From: Candidatus Altimarinota bacterium
GTDB lineage: Bacteria > Patescibacteriota > Gracilibacteria > UBA1369
Assembly: GCA_963677745.1 (NCBI GenBank)
Contig: OY782391.1
Coordinates: 704,001-768,000 of the forward strand
Direction: 5' to 3'
DNA: 64,000 bases
Shown: piece by piece, positions 10,083 through 20,610 of the stretch
Numbering within the stretch: position 1 is the first letter of the stretch
Layout of the letters: every line of letters starts with the position of its first letter
Program-made: the position numbers and the translations under genes
Notes under the pieces: generated by a model
What the model was told of the DNA's origin: nothing
Database searches by the model: none
What the model saw: the letters and a program-made list of their open reading frames with translations, nothing else

Positions 10083-10138
10083 TCCGAAAATGCTAATTTG
10101 TAGAAGCAAAAAGTCAAAATAACACCTAATAACAAACA

Positions 10139-10786
10139 ATGTCAGTCAAACCTCTTTTAGCCCTTCTGGCCGCTTCCTCTGTGCTTTTTCTGTCTGCCTG
10201 CCAGCCGGCCACCGACGGCAATCTGTACGGATATGATTTCAGCGGGGCCAGGATCACTTATAAAATCAGCGGGTCCAGTGAGGGGAAAAGTGATGTCCTG
10301 ATTAAAGGTGAGAAAAAATACATTCATAATCAGAGCGTTCAGAAAAAAGCCAACGGAGAAACTTCGGAAGTGGACAACATAATAATTCTTGACGGCAGCA
10401 AACTATATTCCCTGGACCCGAAAACCAAAACGGGATCGATGATTACCCAGCCTTATTATAGTGATCTGATAAAACTCACTCCTGAAGAAAGAAAACAAAA
10501 AATGCTGACGGACGCCATTAACGACAACCGGACTCCCGAAGAACAACAGAAGAATCCCCTTCTCCCGACCGGAACGGAAGTGGTGGCCGGACAAAAATGC
10601 GATACTTACAAAAGCGGAAACATCGAAACCTGCCTCTGGCAGGCTATCCCCCTGAGAACGGTTGTATCAATGCCTGATTATGGAATAGAGACTACCACGC
10701 TGGCTACCAATATTGATCTTAGCCAAACCATAGCAGACAGTGAATTTGCCGTACCCTCGGATTATAAAATCACTGAACTGAATTAA
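10139..10786 (+). CDS. Lipoprotein (DUF4412-like)
   Basis: Lipobox LSAC; GTEVVAGQKCDTY, terminal FAVPSDY. Confidence 0.7.
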   Translation: MSVKPLLALLAASSVLFLSACQPATDGNLYGYDFSGARITYKISGSSEGKSDVLIKGEKKYIHNQSVQKKANGETSEVDNIIILDGSKLYSLDPKTKTGSMITQPYYSDLIKLTPEERKQKMLTDAINDNRTPEEQQKNPLLPTGTEVVAGQKCDTYKSGNIETCLWQAIPLRTVVSMPDYGIETTTLATNIDLSQTIADSEFAVPSDYKITELN

Positions 10787-10789
10787 TAA

Positions 10790-12349
10790 ATGAGCCTCCC
10801 CACACTTTTACTGTACCTAACCGCGGTCTTTGCCCTGGGCATCGTGCTGGGCTTTTATTTCATCAAAATCAGGCCCCGGCAGGACCTGGCCCAGTCGCGC
10901 AAACAGGCTCAAAAGCTGCTCTTTGAAGCCCAGACCGAAAGCCTGTCTTTCAAAACCCGCAGCCTCCAGCAGGTAGAAAGGTTTAAAGCGTCCTTTACCG
11001 AATATGAGAAAAGGTTCGAGTTTCAGAGCCAGAAAATTGAAAAAAACGTCCAGAATCTGGAAATCCGCAGTACTGCCAGGGAAGACGACAACCGGAAAAT
11101 ACAAACCGTGCTGGAGTCCGAACAAAACGAATTGATCCGGCTGGCCAATGAAGCCCGCGAGATAAAAACACAGATAGCGCCGCTTTTGGCAAAAACCGCC
11201 GGCTGTTCGGAAGACCAGATTAAAACCGACTTGCTGGAAGACCTGGACCGGGATTTGGAATTGGCCAAAGAAACGCGCCTCAGTAAACTGGTCGACTATA
11301 CCACCGAGCACTCCCCTCTGATTGCCAAAAATCTTTTGATTGAAGCTATTCATCGGTACAGCGCTCCCACCTCGGTGGAAAAAAAGAGCCTGGTGGTGCC
11401 GATTAACCGCAATGAAACCAAAGCCAGAATAATCGGCAAGAACTGTGAAATTCTGACTTATTTGGAAGACCGGCTGGGCGTAAATATAGTATTCGACGAT
11501 GCCAAGGAGGGCATCAGCATCTCCCATTATGATCTGGTAAAAAAACATGTTGCCCGGGAAACCATCCTCAAGCTTATCAAAGATCGCGTAGTCGACTTGG
11601 ACAGGGTGAAAAAGAGACTGGAGGAGTCGGTGGCAGAAACCAAAGCCCTGCTCTATGAAGTCGGTGACAAGGTGGTCAAAAAACTGAATCTGGAATACCG
11701 GCACTTTCCCAGGGAATTCAAGGAAATCCTCGGCCGGTTGAAGTTCCGCACCAGTTATGGACAAAATATCCTCAAACACTGTTTTGAGGTGGGATATTTT
11801 ACCCTGCTTTTGGGAAACGAATTGAATTTAAACGAAGAGGTTTGTAAGATCGGCGGTTTCTTCCACGATCTGGGTAAAGCAATTGACCAGGAAGACGGCC
11901 GGCCGCACGACGTTTTAACCAAAGAGATCATGGAAAAATTCCAGATCTTTTCTTTGGAGGAAATTCATGCCGCCTGGACGCACCATGACGCTGTGCCGAT
12001 TGAAACCGCGGAAGCCCTGCTGGTGAAAGCCGGAGATGCCATTTCGGCCGGCCGGCCCGGCGCCCGCCAGGAAACCATCGAAAAATACCTGGCCCGGGTG
12101 ATGGCTCTGGAAAGTATCGCCAACTCTTATGAAGGAATCAACAAGGCCTATGCCATTTCCGGCGGGCGCGAACTGCGCGTCCTGGTTGATCCCAAGCAGC
12201 TGGAAGACGAAAATCTGCCCGAGTTGGCGGCCGAGATTGCCCAGGAAATTGAGGCAAACGTTGCCTATCCGGGACAGATCAAAATAAACGTGATCAGGCG
12301 CGTCCAGCACAATCGCACCATCAAGGATAAATCCAAAAAGAAACAATGA
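10790..12349 (+). CDS. rny: Ribonuclease Y
   Basis: N-terminal TM, coiled coil, KH (RIIGKN), FRTSYGQN, HDLGKA, AISAGRPGAR, YPGQIKINVIR. Confidence 0.93.
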   Translation: MSLPTLLLYLTAVFALGIVLGFYFIKIRPRQDLAQSRKQAQKLLFEAQTESLSFKTRSLQQVERFKASFTEYEKRFEFQSQKIEKNVQNLEIRSTAREDDNRKIQTVLESEQNELIRLANEAREIKTQIAPLLAKTAGCSEDQIKTDLLEDLDRDLELAKETRLSKLVDYTTEHSPLIAKNLLIEAIHRYSAPTSVEKKSLVVPINRNETKARIIGKNCEILTYLEDRLGVNIVFDDAKEGISISHYDLVKKHVARETILKLIKDRVVDLDRVKKRLEESVAETKALLYEVGDKVVKKLNLEYRHFPREFKEILGRLKFRTSYGQNILKHCFEVGYFTLLLGNELNLNEEVCKIGGFFHDLGKAIDQEDGRPHDVLTKEIMEKFQIFSLEEIHAAWTHHDAVPIETAEALLVKAGDAISAGRPGARQETIEKYLARVMALESIANSYEGINKAYAISGGRELRVLVDPKQLEDENLPELAAEIAQEIEANVAYPGQIKINVIRRVQHNRTIKDKSKKKQ

Positions 12350-13278
12350 TCCATGATCTGGCTATTATTGGTACCGGGCCGGCCGGAATTTCGGCGGCTA
12401 TTTATGCGGCACGCGGACAGCTTTCCACAGCTATTTTCGGCGATGAGACCAAAGGCGGGCTGGCCCGTGCTCACGTAATTTCCAATTATTTCGGGGTGGC
12501 GGGAAATCCCGCCGGCCCTGAATTGATCAAGACCGGGTTGGACCAGGCTGTTGCTTTCGGGGCTGAACACCGCCGGGAAGAAATAGTCGACCTGTCGTTG
12601 CAGGAAGACGGTCTTTTTTTACTTAAAAGCGCCAACCATAACTCTTACCGGTCGCGAACGGTTATTATTGCCACCGGACAAAGTCTGCTGCTGGCAGGTA
12701 TTCGCGAAGAGAGGGAGTTCGCCGGAAGAGGGGTTTCCTATTGCGTGACCTGTGACGGTTATTTTTATAAAAACAAGCCAGTGGTGGTGGTGGGCAACGG
12801 CGACTATGCGGCCGAAGAAGCATTACAGCTTTCCGCCTACAGTTCGGATATCACTATTTTAAGCCACGGAAAGCCTTTCCGGATCGGGGATGATTTTCTC
12901 CGTGAATTGCAGAATAAAAAAATCAGCCTGCTGGTAACCCCCAAACTGGCCTCTTTTTCAGGGGAAAACGCTCTCGAAAAAATTACTTTCACCTCTCCCC
13001 TGTCCGACGGCCGGGATTCGTTGACTACGCAGGGTGCTTTTATGGCAATCGGGATGGCGGGGGCCAACGCTTTTGCTAAAAAACTCGGATTGGAGATGAA
13101 TGGGAGCTATATCAAAACTGACCAAGACGGCAAGACCAATATAAAAGGCCTCTTTGCCGCAGGCGACTGCACAGGTGCTCCCGCCCAGGTTGCGGCCAGC
13201 GTCGGTAATGGTTGCAATGCCGCTCTCGCTGCAATAAAATTAATCCGCGGTTTAAACAGCTACATACAGTATAATTAA
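12346..13278 (+). CDS. trxB: Thioredoxin reductase-like FAD oxidoreductase
   Basis: GTGPAG, GVSYCVTCDG, GLFAAGD. Confidence 0.88.
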   Translation: MIHDLAIIGTGPAGISAAIYAARGQLSTAIFGDETKGGLARAHVISNYFGVAGNPAGPELIKTGLDQAVAFGAEHRREEIVDLSLQEDGLFLLKSANHNSYRSRTVIIATGQSLLLAGIREEREFAGRGVSYCVTCDGYFYKNKPVVVVGNGDYAAEEALQLSAYSSDITILSHGKPFRIGDDFLRELQNKKISLLVTPKLASFSGENALEKITFTSPLSDGRDSLTTQGAFMAIGMAGANAFAKKLGLEMNGSYIKTDQDGKTNIKGLFAAGDCTGAPAQVAASVGNGCNAALAAIKLIRGLNSYIQYN

Positions 13279-13282
13279 ATTT

Positions 13283-13579
13283 ATGTTTGGATTTAAAAAG
13301 AAAGAAAAAAAACAGAACCATTTGGACAAAGTATTGATGGGACTGGTTGTGGGAGGTGCTATAGGCTCGGTTTTAGGCGTAGGACTGGCTCCGAAAAAAG
13401 GCAGTGAGACGCGCAAAGAGCTTTCCAAACACACAGGAACGGTCTACAAAAAAGCCCGCAAATCACTTTTTGGAATGATGGGAAAGGTCTTCCGGCCGAA
13501 GGAAAACCATCGTCAGACAAGCTCCCACTCCGCACAGACGGCCACCAATAACGGTAAAAAACCTTCGGGACAGAAATAA
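13283..13579 (+). CDS. YtxH domain protein
   Basis: GGAIGSVLGVGLAPKKGSETRKEL. Confidence 0.85.
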   Translation: MFGFKKKEKKQNHLDKVLMGLVVGGAIGSVLGVGLAPKKGSETRKELSKHTGTVYKKARKSLFGMMGKVFRPKENHRQTSSHSAQTATNNGKKPSGQK

Positions 13580-13588
13580 TTTCAACAC

Positions 13589-15637
13589 ATGGGAAAAAAG
13601 AAAAACAGGAAAATAGCCAAAAGCAAAACGGGAAAAAAGGCCAAAAAACTGCAAAAAAAGCACTTTAATAAAACGGTCTCCCCTGAACTTCACAAAGAAA
13701 AGGAGCAGAAAGCTTTGATTCCCGCTGCCAAGATCACGCCCGCCGCCGCAACAACATTTTCCAAAAAACTGGAGGAGGTAATTGCCGAGAACGAAACTGA
13801 AACCAAAAAAGGTCTATTCGGCGGAAAAATAATTTTTCTCGGTCCCCCCGGTGAATATCTGCAAAAAGACTGGAAGGCTCTCTGGAAAAGGTTCACCAGA
13901 GGACTGGTCAGATTTCTGGTTATTTTTGTTATACTGCTTGTCTGTGCCGGAGCAGCTTTGACGGTCGAGGCGTTTGCCAACGGCCGTGTTTACCCGCGGG
14001 TTGCCTTGTCGCAACAGCAATATGGACTGTTGCCCGCTGCCGAAGCCAATTCCAAGCTTATACAAAATATTAACGATTATCAGAAAACCGGCCTTACGTT
14101 TATTTATGGGAAGGAAAAACAAAATCTGTCGCTGGAAGATTTGAAAATTGTGCTGCTCCCCGATCAGACGGTTGAACAGTTACCCGTCTTCAATCTTAAA
14201 CAAAACGGTTTTTTTGAACTTGTCTATTCCCTCTTCAGTGAAAAAAACATTATACCGATATCGAAAAAAGATGACCGGCTTATTTTCAACACGGTTGAAC
14301 AGAAACTGAAACTCAATGAAAAGAGGGCGCGGCCCGCCTCTTTCTATTTGGATGACAAAAAGAATCTGCAGATCAAGGCTGAACAGTCCGGAATTGTTAT
14401 CAATCAGGCTGCCCTGCTGCAGGACTTGAATAGCCGGTTGATCACCCTTAGCAACGAGCCGATCGAAATTAAAACATTACAGGAACTTCCGGCCGTTACC
14501 TTTGCCGATTTGGACAAAGAAAAGGAAGACCTGCTCTTAAAATTCGAAAATCAAATTTCCATCAAGAGCGGTAAACAGGTCTGGAAATTCAATCCGCTTA
14601 ACCATCTGGACAACCTGACCTTCCGCAAGGAAAATGATCAGATTGTAGTACTGGTCTCCCCTGCCCTGGTCAGCGGTTTTTTCCAGGAAAAGGTCTTTTC
14701 CATGGTTGAAAAACCCGTGTCCCCCCTCAAAATTTTCTATAACGAAAAAGGGGAAGTTGTTTTTGAGGGAAAGGCTTTGGACGGAGAAGAGGTTAACAAA
14801 AAGAAATTTGTGAAGGATTTGGAGATGGCCATCAACTCCCTGGACAATGAACTGGAACTGTTGGTGGAAAAAAAGAAGGCGACACTGGAAATTGACCCCA
14901 AACTTCAGGAGCTTGGCATAAGGGAACTTCTGGGCACCGGTCATACTTCATTTTCCGGCTCTCCCGCCAACCGCCGTCATAATATCAAAAACGGCATGTC
15001 CAAGTTTAACGGCGTGCTGATCAAACCGGGGGAAGAGTTTTCCTTCAATACAATTCTGGGCGAAGTGGACGGTTCAACCGGTTATAAACTGGAACTGGTA
15101 ATCAAGGCGGAAGGAACCGTGCCGGAATACGGAGGCGGCATCTGCCAGGTGTCTTCAACCATGTACAAGGCCGCGCTGTTTGCGGGACTGCCGATTGTGG
15201 AAAGGGCTCCGCATTCCTACGCCGTCAGTTATTATGCGCAGATCGACGGGTACGGACTGGACTCAACCATTTACCCGGGAGTCAGGGACCTCAGATTTAC
15301 CAACGACACATCCTCCTCCATCCTCATTCAGACTTTTGTGGACGGAGATCATGCCTACATCAACTTCTTCGGAACCGGTGACGGGCGCCAGGTCCGCCTC
15401 GAAAACTACTGGCGCGGCAATTACCGCGGTGCCGGCGGAACCCAGTTGATTCCCACCAAAACACTCCCGCCTGGCGCCCGCAAGCAGATTGAATCGGCCC
15501 ACGGCGGATTCGACGCCAGCTGGGACCGCATCATTACCAAAAACGGAGTGGAAACCAGGGAAAAAATCTACAGCGTCTACCGCGCCACCTCCAACCGCAT
15601 TCTGGTCGGCGAAGGCGCTGCCCCGGCTACTCCCTGA
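13589..15637 (+). CDS. VanW family protein with putative peptidoglycan-binding repeats
   Basis: TM anchor; NRRHNI, PGEEFSFN, YGGGICQVSST, ERAPHSY, DLRFTNDT. Confidence 0.9.
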   Translation: MGKKKNRKIAKSKTGKKAKKLQKKHFNKTVSPELHKEKEQKALIPAAKITPAAATTFSKKLEEVIAENETETKKGLFGGKIIFLGPPGEYLQKDWKALWKRFTRGLVRFLVIFVILLVCAGAALTVEAFANGRVYPRVALSQQQYGLLPAAEANSKLIQNINDYQKTGLTFIYGKEKQNLSLEDLKIVLLPDQTVEQLPVFNLKQNGFFELVYSLFSEKNIIPISKKDDRLIFNTVEQKLKLNEKRARPASFYLDDKKNLQIKAEQSGIVINQAALLQDLNSRLITLSNEPIEIKTLQELPAVTFADLDKEKEDLLLKFENQISIKSGKQVWKFNPLNHLDNLTFRKENDQIVVLVSPALVSGFFQEKVFSMVEKPVSPLKIFYNEKGEVVFEGKALDGEEVNKKKFVKDLEMAINSLDNELELLVEKKKATLEIDPKLQELGIRELLGTGHTSFSGSPANRRHNIKNGMSKFNGVLIKPGEEFSFNTILGEVDGSTGYKLELVIKAEGTVPEYGGGICQVSSTMYKAALFAGLPIVERAPHSYAVSYYAQIDGYGLDSTIYPGVRDLRFTNDTSSSILIQTFVDGDHAYINFFGTGDGRQVRLENYWRGNYRGAGGTQLIPTKTLPPGARKQIESAHGGFDASWDRIITKNGVETREKIYSVYRATSNRILVGEGAAPATP

Positions 15638-15666
15638 TCAGCCGCAATTCTCCCGGCTACCCGTCA

Positions 15667-16449
15667 TCACTCGGCGGCCGGTTTTCCCGACACAATTTCC
15701 TGCAACAGTTTTTTGGCCTCAGCGTTGTCCGGCCAGTGTTCTATAATCGACTCCAAAACCTGCCTGGCTTCCGCATACATGTCTTTTTCAATCTGCCAAT
15801 TGGCCAGGGTCAGACCATAATTCAAATTATCCGGATCCAGCGTCAGGGCTTTTTCAATATTCAAAAATGCCTGGTCCATTTCTTCCAGCAGGTGATTGAT
15901 TCTGGCCAGACTGTAAAAGCGGCCGGCCCTCCCGGGATCCAGCTGGATCGCCTTCTCATAAAACTCCTTGGCCTCACCGTATTTTTCCTGATGGAAAAGA
16001 GACAGTCCAAGATTGCTGAAATAAACGGGATCGTCATTCACCGCTACAATCAGTTTCCGGTAAATCAGTTCTGCTTTGCCGTACTGTTCCTGATTCAAAT
16101 AAATAGCCCCCAGTTTGGCATAAGCCTGAAGATGCGACGGGTCCATGGCAATCGCCTTGATATATAGCTTTTCAGCATCGCCGATATGTCCCTTTTTCAG
16201 TTCCAGTTCGGCCTTCTTAAAATGGTTTTCACCTTTCACCCGCAGTTTCGGATTGACCGTTGAAGGGTCGGGGATCATTTCCTTGGCGGTCACTTCCAGA
16301 TCCTGTTTGGACAGCCGCCCGGGCAGCCTCAGCCCCCTCTTCAAAACCATTTTTCCGAAAAGGGTGGCCTTGTCGAGCAGATACCAGCGGCGCACGAATA
16401 TCAGCAGCAGTATCAGGAAACTTGTTATGACTAATATTAAGTCAATCAT
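15667..16449 (-). CDS. Membrane-anchored tetratricopeptide repeat protein
   Basis: N-terminal TM; TPR patterns (KAIAMDP..AYAKLG, YEKAIQLDP). Confidence 0.88.
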   Translation of the reverse strand: MIDLILVITSFLILLLIFVRRWYLLDKATLFGKMVLKRGLRLPGRLSKQDLEVTAKEMIPDPSTVNPKLRVKGENHFKKAELELKKGHIGDAEKLYIKAIAMDPSHLQAYAKLGAIYLNQEQYGKAELIYRKLIVAVNDDPVYFSNLGLSLFHQEKYGEAKEFYEKAIQLDPGRAGRFYSLARINHLLEEMDQAFLNIEKALTLDPDNLNYGLTLANWQIEKDMYAEARQVLESIIEHWPDNAEAKKLLQEIVSGKPAAE

Positions 16450-17375
16450 AGGCTCAAAATAAAATTTTCCAGTAATAAGCGGCTGTTTACGTTGGTTTCA
16501 GACAAACTCTTAACCGCAAAAAGCTTGTCCAGTCTTTGGGCGGCCAGCGTCTGTGCGCCTGGGTCGGAGGCCAAAACGGCTGCCTTCAGCTCGTCCCTCA
16601 GCACTATCGAAACGATTTCCAGAAAAATCTGGATCAGCAATTGGTCATTGTGGATCTGGCTGACAAAATTAAAAGCGGAGGCAACATCGCGTCTTTCCAG
16701 AAAATCTTTGATTTGGACGTAAAACTGTTCATAGGCCTGCAAATGTTCATCGGTCTCCAATAATTTAATAGCCTTGGCCACCCGTCCCAGTGCCAGTTCC
16801 ACCACCCTGGCGATTTTTTTCTCATCCTGCAGCCGGTAGCGGTTTTTGAGTAGACGCAACAGTTCTTCCGCCGGCATCAGCTGAAAATCGATCCGTCTCA
16901 CCCGGGAGAGGATTGTTTCCAGAACGGCTTTGGGATTGGACGTGGTAAAAATATAAAGGACTTTGTCCGGTGGCTCCTCCAGCATTTTCAGCATGGCGTT
17001 AGCCGCTTCGTCGGTCAGCCGGTCAATATTTTCCAACACCAGCACTCTCTTCCAGCTGTCACCGGTCATCTGCAGATTGGCCAGGAGAGACCGGATCTCA
17101 AGCAGCTTCAGATTGTTCTCTTCCGGGATGGCGCCGTAGATCAGCGTGTCCGGATGAATGCCCCGGTCGATCAGCGTGGAAATTTGGAAAGCCTTTTCTT
17201 CAGACAAATTGTAAGTTTGCACGGCCTTGGCAAAATTCTTGGCGATGGTGAACTTTCCCAAGTCCGAGGGGCCGGCCAGCAGATAGGCGTGAGCCAGATT
17301 GCCGCTCTCCAGATCTTGTTGCAATTGAGCCAGCTGTTTCTGGTGACCGATAATGTTTTTGAAATATTGTGACAT
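16446..17375 (-). CDS. holB: DNA polymerase III delta' subunit
   Basis: IIGHQ, HAYLLAGPSDLGK, HPD, AANAMLKMLEEPP, TILSR; start at ATG 17375. Confidence 0.85.
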   Translation of the reverse strand: MSQYFKNIIGHQKQLAQLQQDLESGNLAHAYLLAGPSDLGKFTIAKNFAKAVQTYNLSEEKAFQISTLIDRGIHPDTLIYGAIPEENNLKLLEIRSLLANLQMTGDSWKRVLVLENIDRLTDEAANAMLKMLEEPPDKVLYIFTTSNPKAVLETILSRVRRIDFQLMPAEELLRLLKNRYRLQDEKKIARVVELALGRVAKAIKLLETDEHLQAYEQFYVQIKDFLERRDVASAFNFVSQIHNDQLLIQIFLEIVSIVLRDELKAAVLASDPGAQTLAAQRLDKLFAVKSLSETNVNSRLLLENFILSL

Positions 17376-17534
17376 ATAAAGTTGCTTCTTCCGGATAGAT
17401 AGCACAAAACCAATTTTCTCAATTTTGTCTAATGTTTTTCCGTCGCTAAGTTTATACTCACCGGCGTAAATTGTCACTTGAAAAAAACACCTTCCGGGCG
17501 CAGAATCTTGCCGTAAACATCTAAACCAAACCTT

Positions 17535-18194
17535 ATGAAAAACCGCCTTTTTTTATCACTGACAGTCTTTGCTTTTTTACTGGCCGGCTGCCAGGGAGAA
17601 CCTGCCGCCGACAAGAAGTCCGCCACCCCGGTTCCCGTCGTCACCGAAACCACTTCAAACACTAACCAGACAGAAACTTTTATGCAAACTGCCACCCCCC
17701 AGCCCGGCGATACCATCGCCACTTTGGAAACAGACAAAGGTACCATTCAGTTCAAACTTTTTACCGATCTGGTTCCCGAAACCACCAAAAATTTCATTGA
17801 GCTGGCCAAAGCCGGCAAATACGACGGAGTCCCCTTCCACCGCGTGATCAAGGATTTCATGATTCAGACGGGGGATTTCACCAATAAAAACGGCACCGGA
17901 GGATACAGCTACAAAGGTCCCGGTACACAGATTGATGATGAATTTTCCACCCAGCTCCAGAATCTCCGCGGAACTGTTTCCATGGCCAATGCCGGCGCCA
18001 ACACCAACGGTAGCCAGTTCTTCATCGTGACTGCCAATGGTGGAACCCCCTGGCTCAACAATAAACACACTGTTTTTGGCCAGGTTTTCTCCGGACAGGA
18101 TGTGGTAGACTCGATTTCCGGCGTGCAAACCAACAACATGGACGCTCCCGTCACTCCGATTCTGATCAAGAAAGTAACCATAAGCACAATCTGA
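17535..18194 (+). CDS. Cyclophilin-type peptidyl-prolyl isomerase, lipoprotein
   Basis: Lipobox LAGC; [36 protein letters not shown]. Confidence 0.95.
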   Translation: MKNRLFLSLTVFAFLLAGCQGEPAADKKSATPVPVVTETTSNTNQTETFMQTATPQPGDTIATLETDKGTIQFKLFTDLVPETTKNFIELAKAGKYDGVPFHRVIKDFMIQTGDFTNKNGTGGYSYKGPGTQIDDEFSTQLQNLRGTVSMANAGANTNGSQFFIVTANGGTPWLNNKHTVFGQVFSGQDVVDSISGVQTNNMDAPVTPILIKKVTISTI

Positions 18195-18442
18195 AATAAA
18201 GGGCCTGTCTGACAAGACGATTTGTTTAGCACGAAGGCCTGTCTATTTCACAAGGCTTTCAAAGGTTGGACTAGTCGAAAACGGAAAATGATTAATTGCC
18301 ATTGGACAGACCTTGATTAATACTGACAGCTGGCGATGCCAAGAAGCTTATTGGAGTTTCGCCATCCGTCAAAACAAAAAATTTTGCCTGGCCGGGCAAA
18401 AAACGGATTTTCCAAAATAAAGGCCGCCCAAAAACAAAACTT

Positions 18443-18468
18443 AAAAACCCCTCTTTACGAGGGGTTTT
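18443..18468. terminator. Bidirectional terminator between the PPIase gene and rplT
   Basis: AAAAACCCCTC-TTTAC-GAGGGGTTTT. Confidence 0.8.
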
Positions 18469-18497
18469 CAAATTGTCTCAACTTCAGGTTTCTGTTT

Positions 18498-18851
18498 CTA
18501 GAGAGCCGATTTAGCCTTCTCCACAACCTGTTTGAAAATTTCCGGATTGTTGGTGGCCAGTTCGGACAGGATTTTCCGGTCTACGGCAATCTTGGCCTTG
18601 AGCATGCCGCTGATCAGTTTGGAGTAGCTGATTCCTTCAGCCCTGCAGCCGGCATTGATTCTGGTGATCCAGAGTGAGCGGAACTGTCTCTTTTTGAGCT
18701 TTCTGCCGCGATAGCTGTTCTGTCCCGCCTTGGCGATAAAGTTCTTGGCCCATTTAACGCGGGATGTGGCTACTTTGGAGTAGCCCTTCACCATCCGTTT
18801 AAATTTATTGTGTCTTTTTTTTGTGGAAATACCTCTCTTTACACGTGTCAT
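18498..18851 (-). CDS. rplT: 50S ribosomal protein L20
   Basis: MTRVKRG, FRSLWITRINA, DRKILSELA. Confidence 0.98.
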   Translation of the reverse strand: MTRVKRGISTKKRHNKFKRMVKGYSKVATSRVKWAKNFIAKAGQNSYRGRKLKKRQFRSLWITRINAGCRAEGISYSKLISGMLKAKIAVDRKILSELATNNPEIFKQVVEKAKSAL

Positions 18852-18874
18852 GATAGTTTGGGATTAAATTCTAA

Positions 18875-19063
18875 CTAAGGGAGCAGCTTTTTGATCCATT
18901 TGGAATCGCTGGCTGAGGCCTGCATTCCGGCCCTGTGTAACTTCTTCTGTCTCTTGGATTTTTTAACCAAAAGATGTTTCTTGGCGGATTTGCTGAACAT
19001 AATCTTACCGGTGCCGGTAATCTTGATGCGCTTTTTCAGTCCGCTGTTGCTTTTCCTTTTCAT
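18875..19063 (-). CDS. rpmI: 50S ribosomal protein L35
   Basis: KKRIKITGTGK, HLLVKKS; between infC and rplT. Confidence 0.95.
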   Translation of the reverse strand: MKRKSNSGLKKRIKITGTGKIMFSKSAKKHLLVKKSKRQKKLHRAGMQASASDSKWIKKLLP

Positions 19064-19066
19064 AAG

Positions 19067-19579
19067 TTAATTGTTTGATGGGATTAATACCATATTGATT
19101 GAATTTCCTTGTCTTTTGGCCGGCGCCTCGATCGTCGCTATGTCCTTGAGTTTTTCATAGAAGCTGACGATTTTCTGCATGCCCAGATCGTTGTGGGCGG
19201 CTTCCCTGCCTTTAAACATCAGTGTCACCTTAACGGTGTTTCTGTCCTCCAGAAAACCTCTGGCCTGTTTGGCTTTTACCTCCAGATCGTGTTCGTCGAT
19301 ACGCAGGCTGAGGCGGATGGTTTTCAGTTCGGTCTTTTTTTGCAACCGCTTGTGCTTGGCTTCGATCTTTCTCTGACGATACTGATACTTGCCGAAATCC
19401 AGAATCTTACAGACCGGCGGTTTGGCCAACGGGGCCACCTCCACCAGATCCAGTTCTCTTTCCTGTGCCATGCGTAGCGCTTCCTCCAGATTTACTTCTC
19501 CCAGTTGTTCGTCGTTTTCATCAATCAGTCTGACCTGTGGAGATTTAATTTGATAGTTAACGCGGGTGTGTTTACTGAT
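19067..19579 (-). CDS. infC: Translation initiation factor IF-3 (ATC start)
   Basis: Frame extends upstream of the tracked ATG as ISKHTRVNYQIKSPQVRLIDENDEQLG; LDLVEVAP.AKPPVCKILDFGKY; in-frame TAA two codons before the ATC. Confidence 0.95.
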   Translation of the reverse strand: MSKHTRVNYQIKSPQVRLIDENDEQLGEVNLEEALRMAQERELDLVEVAPLAKPPVCKILDFGKYQYRQRKIEAKHKRLQKKTELKTIRLSLRIDEHDLEVKAKQARGFLEDRNTVKVTLMFKGREAAHNDLGMQKIVSFYEKLKDIATIEAPAKRQGNSINMVLIPSNN

Positions 19580-19607
19580 AGTTTATTTAGTAATGATGTA
19601 CAAGACG

Positions 19608-19666
19608 GACTTTTCCCCGAAAACCCCAAATCTTCAGGTCCTCCCCCTTTGGCGAGGCTCAAAGTC
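19608..19666 (-). promoter_or_regulatory. Structured 5' leader of infC-rpmI-rplT (possible L20-responsive leader)
   Basis: GACTTT/AAAGTC outer stem with inner CCTC/GAGG stem; downstream of TTGACA-N18-TATATT (19674-19703). Confidence 0.3.
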
Positions 19667-19852
19667 GGGCTAAAATATATATGTGTTTTGGCATTCCTGT
19701 CAACAAAAAACCTTTAATAAGAAGGCCCAACCACCGTTTATACTCGTATAGGTAAATTTAGATAATTTTTATTCCCGCTTCACCTCCCTGCTTTATTCTG
19801 CCCCTGAACTGATAATAAGTTTGACCATTGAGATCGTAAAACCAAGTAAAGT

Positions 19853-20557
19853 ATGAACAAATTGTCACCTAACCGACGGGAGAACGTCATGAGAAAACCG
19901 GTCTTTTGGAACACAACGATTACCGCACTGGTCTGCCTGGCGCTGGTTGGCTGTCAAACTCAGGCGGAAAAAGATTCGCCTGCTTTGACGACCGGACAAT
20001 CCGGCGGACAGCCGTGGGCTGCCACACCATCCGTCTCCGAAAATTACCCCGAAAATCCTACCGGAAACATCTGGAGTCCCGGGCGGAAAGAATGGGTGCC
20101 ATATTATGAGGTCCCGGCGGGTTGGGAGACCAACCCTTCCAGCAGGTGGCATCTCAGAAAGACTGTTTCCGGACAGGAAAACTCCTATCTAACTTTGGAA
20201 TACGTTGAAAACCAGGCGTCCCCCTTGGCTGCCCGCGACACCGCTTATGACAAGACGGTCTGCCTAAACGGGGAAAATCAGAACGCCTTCATTGACTGTC
20301 TGAAAAATCCCGAAAAGTCGGAAACCCAATTGGCCGGACAAAAGGTTTATCAACTGACCTATCAGGGGACCTGGCGGGGAAAGGAAGAGAAGGTTCAATC
20401 ATTTTATTTCCTGAACGGAGAAACGACCTATTCCGCGAGAGTGGAGGGGTCGGCGACAGACGCGGCGGAAGTGGTAGAAAAAATTATGTCCACACTGAAT
20501 TTCAGAGAGGAGGTTTTCAGTCCTCAAAACAACCCGGAAGATCTGGGAGGAATTTGA
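19853..20557 (+). CDS. Lipoprotein, hypothetical (start may be 19889)
   Basis: Lipobox LVGC after a hydrophobic stretch. Confidence 0.7.
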   Translation: MNKLSPNRRENVMRKPVFWNTTITALVCLALVGCQTQAEKDSPALTTGQSGGQPWAATPSVSENYPENPTGNIWSPGRKEWVPYYEVPAGWETNPSSRWHLRKTVSGQENSYLTLEYVENQASPLAARDTAYDKTVCLNGENQNAFIDCLKNPEKSETQLAGQKVYQLTYQGTWRGKEEKVQSFYFLNGETTYSARVEGSATDAAEVVEKIMSTLNFREEVFSPQNNPEDLGGI

Positions 20558-20610
20558 ATATAATCTGAATATTAAAAGTTCCTGCACTGTCAGGAGAAGG
20601 AGCGGTAAAG

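Noticed and set aside
13589-15637. Vancomycin resistance locus
   Set aside because: VanW domains are widespread and no van ligase or regulator genes are nearby
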